The notes: generated from the sequence alone by a model not told the origin. Shown: positions 28,891 to 38,093, counted from the stretch's first letter. The stretch: DNA of 64,000 bases from an uncultured Poribacteria bacterium (GCA_958296135.2 CATQHZ020000001.1:288001-352000), one strand, 5' to 3'. Translations and numbers: made by a program.

Positions 28891-29577
28891 TGATTCCTCC
28901 GATACAAGGTCGAAAACCGCCTCAGGATCGTGCGCGAGGCCGCTTAAAATCCCAAGGGACGTAAGATAATCTGGCCGACTCAGCGGATCCAGCGGCAAAT
29001 CCCGTGTCGCCTCAATACAGTGCTGCACCCACTCTATTCCTTCGAGGTTCGCGGGAGGCTGCATCAACGGCGCAAACGGGATTAACCCAACGTTCGCCGA
29101 ATCTAACACCGATTGCCCATTGAACTCAAACAGACGAATCACCTGATACTCGATGTGGATTTTATACCCCGGGTCCGATTGGATATACACACCCGGGTCA
29201 TTGCGTCCAGCACCTGGCCGCAAGTAAATGACGTGTGAGCGGATCGGGAGGCCGTGTGTATCGTAGCCTCTGCCAATATATCCTACGCTCCGGCGCACCA
29301 TGCGGCGATGCGTGCTATCGCCAGTCTGGATTTCAAAGTGCACCAAAGTGAGTCTGCCCCGGATTTCCGCCTTCATCAAGATGTCCATCTCGCGTGTTTC
29401 CACGAGCGGGAGTTCACTCTCAAGGAGTTCAATAAACTCAAGCGTCGGGTCGTTCATGAAGTATCGCGCGACATCTTGCGGGAAGGCGCGAAACACATTT
29501 TTCGAGGTAATGTCAAATTTTGTGTGGGGTAAAGCCGCCCAGTCAAATTTGGGATGTTCTACATTTTGTTTCATCAT
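28561..29577 (-). CDS. Rpn family (recombination-promoting nuclease / PD-(D/E)XK transposase-like) protein
   Basis: FDITSK, EMDIL..VHFEIQ, IRSHVIYL, YQVIRL, LIPFAPLM and a C-terminal QRGLQRGLQQ...LDVRF tail. Start at 29577 is supported by the adjacent promoter. Confidence 0.85.
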   Translation of the reverse strand: MMKQNVEHPKFDWAALPHTKFDITSKNVFRAFPQDVARYFMNDPTLEFIELLESELPLVETREMDILMKAEIRGRLTLVHFEIQTGDSTHRRMVRRSVGYIGRGYDTHGLPIRSHVIYLRPGAGRNDPGVYIQSDPGYKIHIEYQVIRLFEFNGQSVLDSANVGLIPFAPLMQPPANLEGIEWVQHCIEATRDLPLDPLSRPDYLTSLGILSGLAHDPEAVFDLVSEESMMESGVYRRLWERAAADAKVEAERFIEEAEKAAVQRGLQRGLQQAAREGAIESILDVLDVRFQSTLVQLFKPQLEQIDDLEYLKQLRREAVGTPSLEAFTEMLMQNGNG

Positions 29578-29583
29578 CTCAAT

Positions 29584-29612
29584 AGTATACACAAATTCGC
29601 CCGGCATGTCAA
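29584..29612 (-). promoter_or_regulatory. Sigma70 promoter likely giving a leaderless rpn mRNA
   Basis: TTGACA-N17-TATACT. The ATG begins 7 nt downstream of the -10 hexamer and there is no SD. Confidence 0.65.
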
Positions 29613-29626
29613 CGTTTTTCAAAAAA

Positions 29627-30619
29627 ATGCAACAATACGACTTAGACGCGATGAATACCCGCATTGAAGCAGATAGCGGGCTCATCCAACAGATTCTCGC
29701 CGAGACAGGGAAGGTGATTGTCGGGCAGCGCGATTTGCTAGAGGGACTCATCATCGGGCTGCTTTGCAACGGACACATCCTGCTGGAAGGCGTGCCCGGA
29801 CTCGCAAAGACGACAGCCGTCAGCGCGCTCGCCCAGACTATCGATGCCGCCTTCAATCGCATCCAATTTACACCCGACTTGCTCCCAGCAGACCTGGTTG
29901 GCACACTCATCTATGACCAGGGGCGCGGCGATTTCTACACCAAAAAGGGGCCGATTTTCGCACACGTCATCCTCGCCGATGAGATAAACCGCGCACCAGC
30001 GAAAGTGCAAAGCGCGCTCCTTGAAGCGATGCAGGAACGGCAGGTAACCATCGGCGGCACGACTTACCCACTCGATGATCCGTTCATCGTTTTAGCAACA
30101 CAAAACCCGATCGAACAGGAAGGCACCTACCCACTCCCCGAAGCGCAGGTGGATAGATTTATGCTGAAGGTGAAGGTGGACTACCCTTCGCACGACGAGG
30201 AATTGCGAATCCTGCGACGCATGACAACCGAAGAGATACCTAGCATCCAGAAGGTAATTTCTCCGGAAGATATCATCCGTTTCCGCGAGGTAGTGCGCAA
30301 CATCTATATGGCAGCGCAGCTAGAAACCTACATCGTCGATTTGGTGTGTGCGACGCGCGCGCCGGAAACATACCAACTTGACGAACTGAGCCCGCTGATT
30401 GAATACGGCGCGTCGCCGCGTGCCACTATCTTCCTCGCGCTGGCGGCACGGGCGCGGGCGTTCCTTTCCCAACGCGGCTACGTCACCCCCGAAGATATCC
30501 ACGCTGTCGGCATGGATGTGCTGCGGCATCGCGTCATCATCAGTTATGAGGCTGAAGCGGAAGGGCGCGATGTAGAAAGCATCGTAGCGCAGGTGTTCGC
30601 GAAGATTGAGGTGCCATAA
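29627..30619 (+). CDS. moxR: MoxR family AAA+ ATPase
   Basis: LLEGVPGLAKT, RIQFTPDLLPAD, ADEINRAPAKVQSALLEAMQE and ATQNPIEQEGTYPLPEAQVDRF. Confidence 0.93.
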   Translation: MQQYDLDAMNTRIEADSGLIQQILAETGKVIVGQRDLLEGLIIGLLCNGHILLEGVPGLAKTTAVSALAQTIDAAFNRIQFTPDLLPADLVGTLIYDQGRGDFYTKKGPIFAHVILADEINRAPAKVQSALLEAMQERQVTIGGTTYPLDDPFIVLATQNPIEQEGTYPLPEAQVDRFMLKVKVDYPSHDEELRILRRMTTEEIPSIQKVISPEDIIRFREVVRNIYMAAQLETYIVDLVCATRAPETYQLDELSPLIEYGASPRATIFLALAARARAFLSQRGYVTPEDIHAVGMDVLRHRVIISYEAEAEGRDVESIVAQVFAKIEVP

Positions 30620-30643
30620 TACGCCTGCACCGGGAGGGCTCTC

Positions 30644-31879
30644 CTATCGGGTTTGTCCAGCGACGGCTGATGCACGCGCCCCAACGCCAAGCACGCCTAA
30701 GAATCCTTCCGAATCACCGTGGTCAAAATCGCCAATTGCCTCCATAGAGGAGGTCTCTTCAGAGTAGAGTGAATGCGGCGCGCCGCCTGCAGCATGGAAC
30801 GCGACGTTCCCTTTGTAAAGCGCAACGGTAATGGTGCCGGTTGCTAACCGCGTTAAGTGCGCAATGGAAGCATGCAACGCCTGCGTCGCCGCGTCAAATC
30901 CGTATCCTTGATAGACTTGTTCCGCGATAGTGGCGGCAACGTCGTTGAAGTGCCGGCGCGCCCGTCTATCTAATATCAGTTGCAACAGATATTCGTAGCA
31001 CTTTCCGAGCAGTTCCATGCCCGGCGATTCATAAACGCCGCGGCTCTTGATACCGACAAATCGGTTCTCCACCGTGTGAATGCCGATGCCGACACCGTTT
31101 CTGCCACCGATACGGTTCGCCGCCAGCAGACTCTGCAGGGGCGTGACAGGACTGCCGTTCACTTCAACCGGTGTGCCGCGCGAAAAAGTCACGGTGAAGT
31201 GTTCTACCGCATCAGGCGCGTCTTTTGGATGGACACCCATGCCCGGCGTGATAAATCCTGCCGAGGTCTGCAGCGATTCCAATCTCCCCGCTTCGTGCGT
31301 TAATCCCAACAAGTTTGCATCGGTAGAGTAAGGTTTCTCGTGTGTAGCAGTGATAGGCAAGCCACGCGCTTCACAGAAGTCTATCATCTCTTTTCTGCCG
31401 CCGAACGTCTCAAGAAACTTCGCATCGCGCCACGGGGCATAGACAGAAAAGTGAGGATTGAGCATATTGGTTGCAAGTTGAAACCGCACCTGGTCATTCC
31501 CACGGCCGGTCGCGCCGTGCGTTAAAACGGTGATGCCGCGCTGCTCCATCTCCGGCAGAAGTGCCTTCACCGTGACATGCCGCGCGATGCCGGTGGTATT
31601 CCAATATCCGCCTTCATACATCGCTTGGCACTGAATAAGGCGGATGCCTTCTTCGGCGAGCACGGCTTTAGCATCCACGATGACAGCCTCTTCCGCGCCG
31701 CACGCCAACATCCGTTCCCGAATCTCAGAAACATCGCGCTCATCGGGCTGCCCGAGGTCTGCCGTCCAACAGACAACGTTGACTCCGTTATCAACTAACC
31801 ATTTGGTGATAGTGCAGCTATCTAAGCCGCCTGACACAGCGGCCCCGATTGTTTTTCCTTTTAAGGTATCAATATTCAC
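30644..31879 (-). CDS. argG: Argininosuccinate synthase
   Basis: AVSGGLDS, HGATGRGNDQVRF, YSTDANL and VENRFVGIKSRGVYESPG. GTG start after GGAG. Confidence 0.93.
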   Translation of the reverse strand: MNIDTLKGKTIGAAVSGGLDSCTITKWLVDNGVNVVCWTADLGQPDERDVSEIRERMLACGAEEAVIVDAKAVLAEEGIRLIQCQAMYEGGYWNTTGIARHVTVKALLPEMEQRGITVLTHGATGRGNDQVRFQLATNMLNPHFSVYAPWRDAKFLETFGGRKEMIDFCEARGLPITATHEKPYSTDANLLGLTHEAGRLESLQTSAGFITPGMGVHPKDAPDAVEHFTVTFSRGTPVEVNGSPVTPLQSLLAANRIGGRNGVGIGIHTVENRFVGIKSRGVYESPGMELLGKCYEYLLQLILDRRARRHFNDVAATIAEQVYQGYGFDAATQALHASIAHLTRLATGTITVALYKGNVAFHAAGGAPHSLYSEETSSMEAIGDFDHGDSEGFLGVLGVGARASAVAGQTR

Positions 31880-31916
31880 AGCAATCTCCAACACGTGCTA
31901 TTTTAGATTCAGAACG

Positions 31917-32084
31917 ATTGAGTTTTCCAACTTTCGCGCCCCTTCGTAGGGCAACATCGCCTGAAGTTTGCGTATTAAATCGGACAATGTTCCCGGGATG
32001 CAGGCAGCGGAAACCATGCGGCCATCATCCCGACTGTAAGGGCTGGGATTCATGTGTCACGCCCATCAGGCAGAATTACTCAAT
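31917..32084 (-). ncRNA. Candidate structured RNA (long rod-like hairpin) in the argG leader
   Basis: Nested pairings ATTGAGT/ACTCAAT, GCCTGA/TCAGGC, GCGT/ACGC, GAATC/GATTT, ACAGT/ATTGT and CGGGATG/CATCCCG. Mismatches become G-U pairs on the - strand. Confidence 0.4.
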
Positions 32085-32175
32085 TATTTCCTTTTTTGCC
32101 GCTAATCTTGACTTGTCTGAGTGGTGCTAATCCTTATCACATCGCACAGATCAAGACGAATCAACGTAATCTGGT

Positions 32176-32204
32176 ATTATACCACCCTTTTTCAGAAATA
32201 GCAA
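32176..32204 (-). promoter_or_regulatory. Sigma70 promoter driving the ~290 nt argG leader
   Basis: TTGCTA-N17-TATAAT with an extended -10 TG. Confidence 0.65.
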
Positions 32205-32243
32205 TGGAAATTCAACAATTTCCCCCGATTTTGAAAAATAAAT

Positions 32244-32272
32244 TTGACAATTCACCTCGTTTGTGGTATACT
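32244..32272 (+). promoter_or_regulatory. Sigma70 promoter for the TonB receptor pair
   Basis: TTGACA-N17-TATACT with an extended -10 TG. Confidence 0.75.
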
Positions 32273-32280
32273 ATATAACG

Positions 32281-32534
32281 GCTCGCATGGACAAGCGTCC
32301 ACCGTTCTTTGGAACAACGTGGCTATCCGACAGCGAGCAATGCATAGAATTCTTTTACAGAACTATCCGAGGGTATTGTTTAACTTTGTAATATGTGGCT
32401 ATGAAAGTGTGCTACATAAGTGGTATCAGGCAATTCTGTTCAAGCTTGCGTGTACGACGCGACCGCGAAGGTTGCGCATCTCCACGCGCCTTGTCGCACG
32501 GGTTGTGCCATGAACATAAGTTAGAGGATACCCT
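32281..32534 (+). ncRNA. Candidate structured 5' leader (riboswitch-like) of the TonB receptor gene
   Basis: GCTCGC/GCGAGC encloses two hairpins. AGGGTAT/ATACCCT, TAACTT/AAGTTA, TATGTGGC/GCTACATA and TGTTCA/TGAACA form a second domain. Confidence 0.4.
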
Positions 32535-32588
32535 TTTGTTATTTTAACGTGAAATGAGAAATGTATCCAATCAAGGAGTATATAGAAT

Positions 32589-35156
32589 ATGAAACGAATA
32601 GTAGAATCTAAACCTATCGTTTTTGTGTTTAGCATGATTGCCGTGCTTTTCGCACTATTCCCGGTGCTCGTGCAGGCTGACTTGCACGAAAGCACCGAAG
32701 AGGAGGTTGCCGCTGAAACGGACACCGAAGAAGCAGCGGAACAAACCTTAAGCGCAGATGTCGTGCAGATCGAAGGTGTCGTCACCGTCGGTTCGCGCGC
32801 GCAACCGCGCTCCGTTATTGAGTCCGCCGTGCCGATTGATGTCATCGGCGGCGGCGAATTTGTCAAGCAGGGCGGCACAGACTTGAATAACCTGCTGCGA
32901 AACGTCGTCCCGTCCTACAATATCAATACGCAACCTATCAGCGATGCCGCAACCGTTGTGCGCCCAGCGAACCTGCGCGGACTCGCACCAGACCACACGT
33001 TGGTGCTTGTCAACGGTAAACGCCGCCACCGTGCCTCCGTGATTTACTGGCTCGGCAACGGTATCTCCGATGGCGCGCAGGGGCCAGACCTCTCCGCTAT
33101 TCCCGCCATCGCGCTGAAACAGGTGGAAGTGCTCCGTGACGGCGCATCGGCACAGTACGGCTCCGATGCCATTGCCGGTGTGATGAACTTCCAACTGCGC
33201 GACAACTACGAAGGCCTTTCCATTGAAACCAAAGCCGGTGCATTCCAAGACGGCGACGGCGAATTGTATTCTATCGCCGCCAATCTCGGCATCGGGCGGA
33301 AAGACCTCTGGACGAATCTGAGCGTTGAATACGGCTATGCCGGTGACACTATCCGTTCTATCCAACGTATTGATGCCGCTGGGCTGGTTGCCGCAGGCAA
33401 TACCCGTGTGAACGATCCGGCGCAGATTTGGGGACAGCCCGAAATTGCAGGCGACTTGAAGCTCTTCGCCAATTACGGCGCAACCCTCGTTGAAGACGTT
33501 GCCAACTTCTACGGACATGCCAACTACGCTCAAAAGCGCGTTGAGGGCGGATTCTTCTTCCGGAATCCGAACACTCGCGGCGGCGTATTTAGCAACGATA
33601 GCGGAAAGACGCTGCTCATCGGCAATTTGAGCGGGACAGGCGAAACGCCTGTCGTTGCTATCACCAACAACGTTCCTGACGCGGCGGCCCTGGGCACCGT
33701 CAAAGACGACGACAACTTGTTCTCATTCCAAGAAATGTTTGCCGGTGGTTTCACACCGCGCTTCGGCGCGGATACGAATGATAAATCTGTCGTCCTTGGA
33801 CTACGCGGAACAGTTGCAGAAAAATTGGGCTGGGACATAAGTGCTTCTCATGGAGAACACGTGGCGGATTTCTTTATCAACAATACCGTCAATGCATCCT
33901 TGGGTCCCGACACACCGACCGAATTCAATCCGGGTGACTACATTCAGTGGGATCTCAACTTTAATGCGGACTTCACGTATCCGGTCATGGACGAGTTATT
34001 CCTCGCGGCCGGGGCTGAATATCGGATAGAACGCTTTGAGATTGTGCAGGGCCAACCCGAATCCTTTGAAATCGGCCCCCTGGCTGCCCAGGGATTCAGT
34101 GCCGCATCCAACGGGTTCCCCGGCTTCAGCGATGTTGCCTCCGGCAGCTGGAACCGCTCCAACGCCGCAGGCTATGTTGAAGCAGAATTCCGGCCGATGC
34201 AAAACTGGCTGGTTGGTGCCGCCGTCCGCGGTGAAAACTTCGATGACTTCGGAAGCACGCTCAACTACAAATTGGCGACGAACCTTGGAGTCACGGATGA
34301 ACTCAGGTTGCGTGGCAGCTTCAGCACCGGATTCAGGGCACCGACACCCGGACAACAGAACGCCTTTAACGTCACAACCGAATTCGACGTGGATAATAAT
34401 GACCTGGTGAACAACGGCACAATCCCATCAACAAACGCCGCTGCCGAACTCAAAGGCGGAGAACCGCTTCAGCCGGAAACGTCAATCAATATCACGGCAG
34501 GCATCCTCGTGTTGCTCTCCGAAGTCAACGTTACCCTCGACTACTTCAACATTGAGGTGAGAGACCGGTTGTCGCTCTCAAAGAACTATGAACTGTCTGA
34601 CGCAGAGCGGACGCAACTCCTCGCAGCGGGTATCACGAGCGCGGGAAATCTGCAAAGATTCCGGTTCTTTGTCAACGACTTCGACACCCGCACACAAGGA
34701 ATTGATATCGTCCTCACCGCACCGGTAGGAAAAGGCGATGTCAGCCTCGCCTATAACTATACCGATACCGTAGTGACAGACTATAACCCGGAAACACTGG
34801 ATAACCAGCGTATCCGGCTCCTAGAAGAGGGCGTTCCGAAAAACCGATGGAATCTTACCATGCGGCAACCCCTGAACGCGAACTGGGATATCTTGGGACG
34901 CGCGAGTTACTTCGGCGGCTGGTGGGAAGGCACGCTCGTCGAATACGAATTTAGCAGCGAGATTGTGTTTGATGTGGAAACCACCTACTCATTCACCGAC
35001 ACCGGCATCTCGCTCACCGTCGGCGCGCAGAACATCTTGAATAACTATCCCGATAAAATTCTACAACCCTATAGATTCGGTAACCTGTACGGCGAATACA
35101 GCCCCTTTGGTTTTGCCGGCGCGTTCTGGTACGCCAAAGCAAACTACAATTTCTAG
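32589..35156 (+). CDS. TonB-dependent receptor (paralog 1)
   Basis: Signal peptide, VVTVGSR, plug PANLRGL..TLVLVNGKRRH, VEVLRDGASAQYGSDAIAGV, STGFRAPT and C-terminal YNF. Confidence 0.93.
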   Translation: MKRIVESKPIVFVFSMIAVLFALFPVLVQADLHESTEEEVAAETDTEEAAEQTLSADVVQIEGVVTVGSRAQPRSVIESAVPIDVIGGGEFVKQGGTDLNNLLRNVVPSYNINTQPISDAATVVRPANLRGLAPDHTLVLVNGKRRHRASVIYWLGNGISDGAQGPDLSAIPAIALKQVEVLRDGASAQYGSDAIAGVMNFQLRDNYEGLSIETKAGAFQDGDGELYSIAANLGIGRKDLWTNLSVEYGYAGDTIRSIQRIDAAGLVAAGNTRVNDPAQIWGQPEIAGDLKLFANYGATLVEDVANFYGHANYAQKRVEGGFFFRNPNTRGGVFSNDSGKTLLIGNLSGTGETPVVAITNNVPDAAALGTVKDDDNLFSFQEMFAGGFTPRFGADTNDKSVVLGLRGTVAEKLGWDISASHGEHVADFFINNTVNASLGPDTPTEFNPGDYIQWDLNFNADFTYPVMDELFLAAGAEYRIERFEIVQGQPESFEIGPLAAQGFSAASNGFPGFSDVASGSWNRSNAAGYVEAEFRPMQNWLVGAAVRGENFDDFGSTLNYKLATNLGVTDELRLRGSFSTGFRAPTPGQQNAFNVTTEFDVDNNDLVNNGTIPSTNAAAELKGGEPLQPETSINITAGILVLLSEVNVTLDYFNIEVRDRLSLSKNYELSDAERTQLLAAGITSAGNLQRFRFFVNDFDTRTQGIDIVLTAPVGKGDVSLAYNYTDTVVTDYNPETLDNQRIRLLEEGVPKNRWNLTMRQPLNANWDILGRASYFGGWWEGTLVEYEFSSEIVFDVETTYSFTDTGISLTVGAQNILNNYPDKILQPYRFGNLYGEYSPFGFAGAFWYAKANYNF

Positions 35157-35166
35157 GGTTGTTGTT

Positions 35167-35198
35167 AGGGCGGATATCTTATATCCGCCCTTTTTTTT
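35167..35198 (+). terminator. Intrinsic terminator (REP family C-like stem) between the two receptor genes
   Basis: AGGGCGGATAT-CTT-ATATCCGCCCT followed by a T run. Confidence 0.75.
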
Positions 35199-35253
35199 AT
35201 GCAGGAACTATCTCCTGAACGCAACACTTAAAAATTAAAAGGAGCTCCGAACG

Positions 35254-37887
35254 ATGAAGCACACCGACACGCTTATACTTCGCAGACCCGGTTTTCCTAA
35301 TCTGCCTTCTTGCACGCAGAAAATAATGATGCTTGCCCTCTGCGTTTTGGTCTCCCTTTTCCCTGCAATAGCACAGGCTGACAGGCATGAAACCATCGAA
35401 GAAGTAGTTCCCACTGAAACGGAAGTTGAAGCGGCAGAAGTCGTGCAGATTGAAGGTGTCGTCACCGTTGGTACCCGCGCACAACCGCGCTCTGTCATCG
35501 ACTCCGCTGTGCCGATCGATGTCCTTGGCGGCCAAGAATTCATCAAACAAGGCGGCACAGACTTACCCGATCTGCTCAGAAATATCGTCCCCTCTTACAA
35601 TGTGAACGCGCAGCCGATTAGCGATGCCGCCACCGTCGTGCGCCCAGCGAACCTGCGCGGACTCGCACCAGACCACACGCTACTCCTTGTCAACGGCAAA
35701 CGCCGCCATCGCGCCTCCGTGATTTATTGGCTCGGAAACGGCCTCTCTGATGGCGCACAAGGCGCAGACCTCTCGCCTATCCCCTCCATTGCCTTGAAGC
35801 AAGTAGAGATGCTCCGCGACGGGGCCTCGGCGCAGTACGGCTCCGATGCCATCGCTGGCGTGATGAATCTGAAGTTGAAAGATAGTTACAAAGGCGGTTC
35901 TTTCCAAATCAAACCCAGTATTTTCCAAGCCGGCGATGGGTTCGCATATTCTTTCGCTGGAAATATCGGGCTCGGACGCGAAGACCTCTGGGCAAACCTC
36001 AGTCTGGAATACGGCAACGCTGACGAGACAGACCGGTCAGTGCAGCGCACCGATGCATCGGCACTCATCGCAGCAGGAAATACCGATGTGGCAGACCCGG
36101 CGCAACCGTGGGGCCTCCCCATTGTCAGAAATGACATCAAATTTTTCGCCAACTACGGCGCGGATATTACGGATACGATAGAATTCTATGGGCATGGAAA
36201 CTACGCACAGAAAGAGGTGGAAGGCGGATTCTACTTCCGGGACCCGAACACCCGAGGGGCCGTCTATAGTAACGATGACGGTGCAACGCTGCTTGTTGGA
36301 CGGTTGTCCGGGACAGGCGAAATACCGGAAGTCAAGATAACCAACAATGTCCCAGATCCGGCCGCTTTGCAGCAGGTTTTCTCGGATCCGAACCTTTTCA
36401 CCTTCCAAGAACTCTTCCCCGGCGGTTTCACGCCACGCTTCGGCGCGAATACCGTCGATGCCTCAGGCCTCCTTGGATTCAAAGGCATCGTAGCCGAGAA
36501 ACTCGGATGGGATCTGAGTACTTCCTACGGAAGACATGCCTCTGATTTCTTTATCAAAAATACCGTCAATGCCTCCCTCGGCCCGGACACGCCTACCGAA
36601 TTTGACCCGGGCGATTATATCCAAGTTGACACAAACGTGAACCTTGACATCACCTATCCGCTACACGAAAAGGTGTTCCTCGCCGCTGGCACCGAATATC
36701 GGACAGAAACCTTTGAGATTGTAGCCGGACAGCCGGCGTCCTGGGAAATTGGCCCGCTGGCAAGCCAAGGCTTTAGTTCCGGTTCCAACGGATTCCCCGG
36801 CTTCAGCGATATTGCCGCAGGCAGGTGGACTCGCGCCAACTACGCCGGCTACGTGGAAACGGAACTGAAACCGCTTGACTATTGGCTGCTCGGGCTTGCA
36901 CTCCGCGGCGAATACTTTGACGATTTCGGGAGCACCCTGAACTACAAGGTGGCTACGAATTTCGGCATTACCGACTCGATGAAAGCACTCGCCGCAATGG
37001 AGATGCCTGTTGACTGGCGCGTGCGCGGCAGCTATAATACCGGGTTCAGGGCACCGACACCCGGACAGCAGAACGCCTTTAACGTCACAACCGAATTCGG
37101 TGAAGACGAAAAGTTAATCAATAAAGGCACTATTCCCTCAACGCATGCCGCCGCAGCACTAGTGGGAGGAACGGCTCTTGAACCCGAAACCTCAACCAAC
37201 ATCACGCTCGGAACGGTTGTCAGCCACGACAGCGTTAGTGTCACGGTAGACTATTTCAATATCCGAGTGGAAGACCGGCTCGCTCCCTCAAGAGACTTCA
37301 CGCGCGGCAAGGATATTAGTGAAACGGATATCCAGAAACTCGTAGCCGAAGGAATCACGAGTGCTGGCAACCTGCAGGAGTTCAGGTTCTTTACCAACGA
37401 ATTTGAAACCAGCACGCAAGGGATTGATGTCGTACTCACTATCCCCGTGCTTGAAGGCGCAGTCAGTCTCGCTTACAACTGGACACGCACCGAAGTTACC
37501 GACCGGAATGCAGATATTCTGGACGACAAACGCGTCAGACTCTTGGAAGAAGGACTGCCGCGACACCGCGGGAATGTCACATTGACACAAGAAATCCTTG
37601 ATAACTTGGGCGTGCTTGGACGTGTCAATTACTATGGCCCGTGGTATGAAAACGCTGTCGGCGAACAAACTTATGGCGGCGCGGTTTTAGTCGCTCTTGA
37701 GGCAAACTATGCGTTTATAGCGAACATGTCTCTCACTGTCGGCGTTCAAAATGTCCTCAACGTTGAACCTGACAATGTCACCGAGGGAGAACTTCCATCG
37801 GACAGAGTGGGCAGACCTTTTGGCGAGTATAGTCCTTATGGGTTTGGCGGCGCGTTCTGGTACGCCAAGGTGAATTACGATTTTTAG
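35254..37887 (+). CDS. TonB-dependent receptor (paralog 2)
   Basis: Same plug and barrel motifs, clearly homologous to 32589-35156, C-terminal YDF. SD AAGGAG. Confidence 0.93.
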   Translation: MKHTDTLILRRPGFPNLPSCTQKIMMLALCVLVSLFPAIAQADRHETIEEVVPTETEVEAAEVVQIEGVVTVGTRAQPRSVIDSAVPIDVLGGQEFIKQGGTDLPDLLRNIVPSYNVNAQPISDAATVVRPANLRGLAPDHTLLLVNGKRRHRASVIYWLGNGLSDGAQGADLSPIPSIALKQVEMLRDGASAQYGSDAIAGVMNLKLKDSYKGGSFQIKPSIFQAGDGFAYSFAGNIGLGREDLWANLSLEYGNADETDRSVQRTDASALIAAGNTDVADPAQPWGLPIVRNDIKFFANYGADITDTIEFYGHGNYAQKEVEGGFYFRDPNTRGAVYSNDDGATLLVGRLSGTGEIPEVKITNNVPDPAALQQVFSDPNLFTFQELFPGGFTPRFGANTVDASGLLGFKGIVAEKLGWDLSTSYGRHASDFFIKNTVNASLGPDTPTEFDPGDYIQVDTNVNLDITYPLHEKVFLAAGTEYRTETFEIVAGQPASWEIGPLASQGFSSGSNGFPGFSDIAAGRWTRANYAGYVETELKPLDYWLLGLALRGEYFDDFGSTLNYKVATNFGITDSMKALAAMEMPVDWRVRGSYNTGFRAPTPGQQNAFNVTTEFGEDEKLINKGTIPSTHAAAALVGGTALEPETSTNITLGTVVSHDSVSVTVDYFNIRVEDRLAPSRDFTRGKDISETDIQKLVAEGITSAGNLQEFRFFTNEFETSTQGIDVVLTIPVLEGAVSLAYNWTRTEVTDRNADILDDKRVRLLEEGLPRHRGNVTLTQEILDNLGVLGRVNYYGPWYENAVGEQTYGGAVLVALEANYAFIANMSLTVGVQNVLNVEPDNVTEGELPSDRVGRPFGEYSPYGFGGAFWYAKVNYDF

Positions 37888-37896
37888 GGGCGCAAC

Positions 37897-38093
37897 TCGT
37901 TTTTTCATCGTAGCGCGGGGGCCGTTACGCCGAAACGTTGTCATCTCTGCAGCCTCGCTGCAGAGATGTCCACTGTCCCCCGCGACACCTCAACCGCGTT
38001 TTTTCATCGTAGCGCGGGGGCCGTTACGCCGAAACGTTGTCATCTCTGCAGCCTCGCTGCAGAGATGTCCACTGTCCCCCGCGAGGCCACAAC
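37897..38093. repeat. Two tandem ~99 bp units, each a REP-A stem carrying a 50 bp hairpin cassette
   Basis: CGTTTTTTCATCGTAGCGCGGGGGCC-GTTACGCCGAAACGTTGTCATCTCTGCAGCCTCGCTGCAGAGATGTCCAC-TGTCCCCCGCGA occurs twice. Confidence 0.9.

Noticed and set aside
29300-29910. Long N-terminal extensions of the moxR (29300) and rpn (29910) ORFs in the ORF track
   Set aside because: Each is antisense overlap with the other gene. Family motifs and the promoter support starts at 29627 and 29577.
31990-32035. SRP RNA-like apical hairpin
   Set aside because: It lacks the CAGG..GGAA..AGCAG domain IV consensus, so it is kept only as an unknown structured RNA.
32120-32140. GGTGCTAATCC resembling part of a SAM-I riboswitch
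   Set aside because: The other SAM-I elements (ATC..GAG, GAGGGA..GGCCC, GCAACC) are missing.
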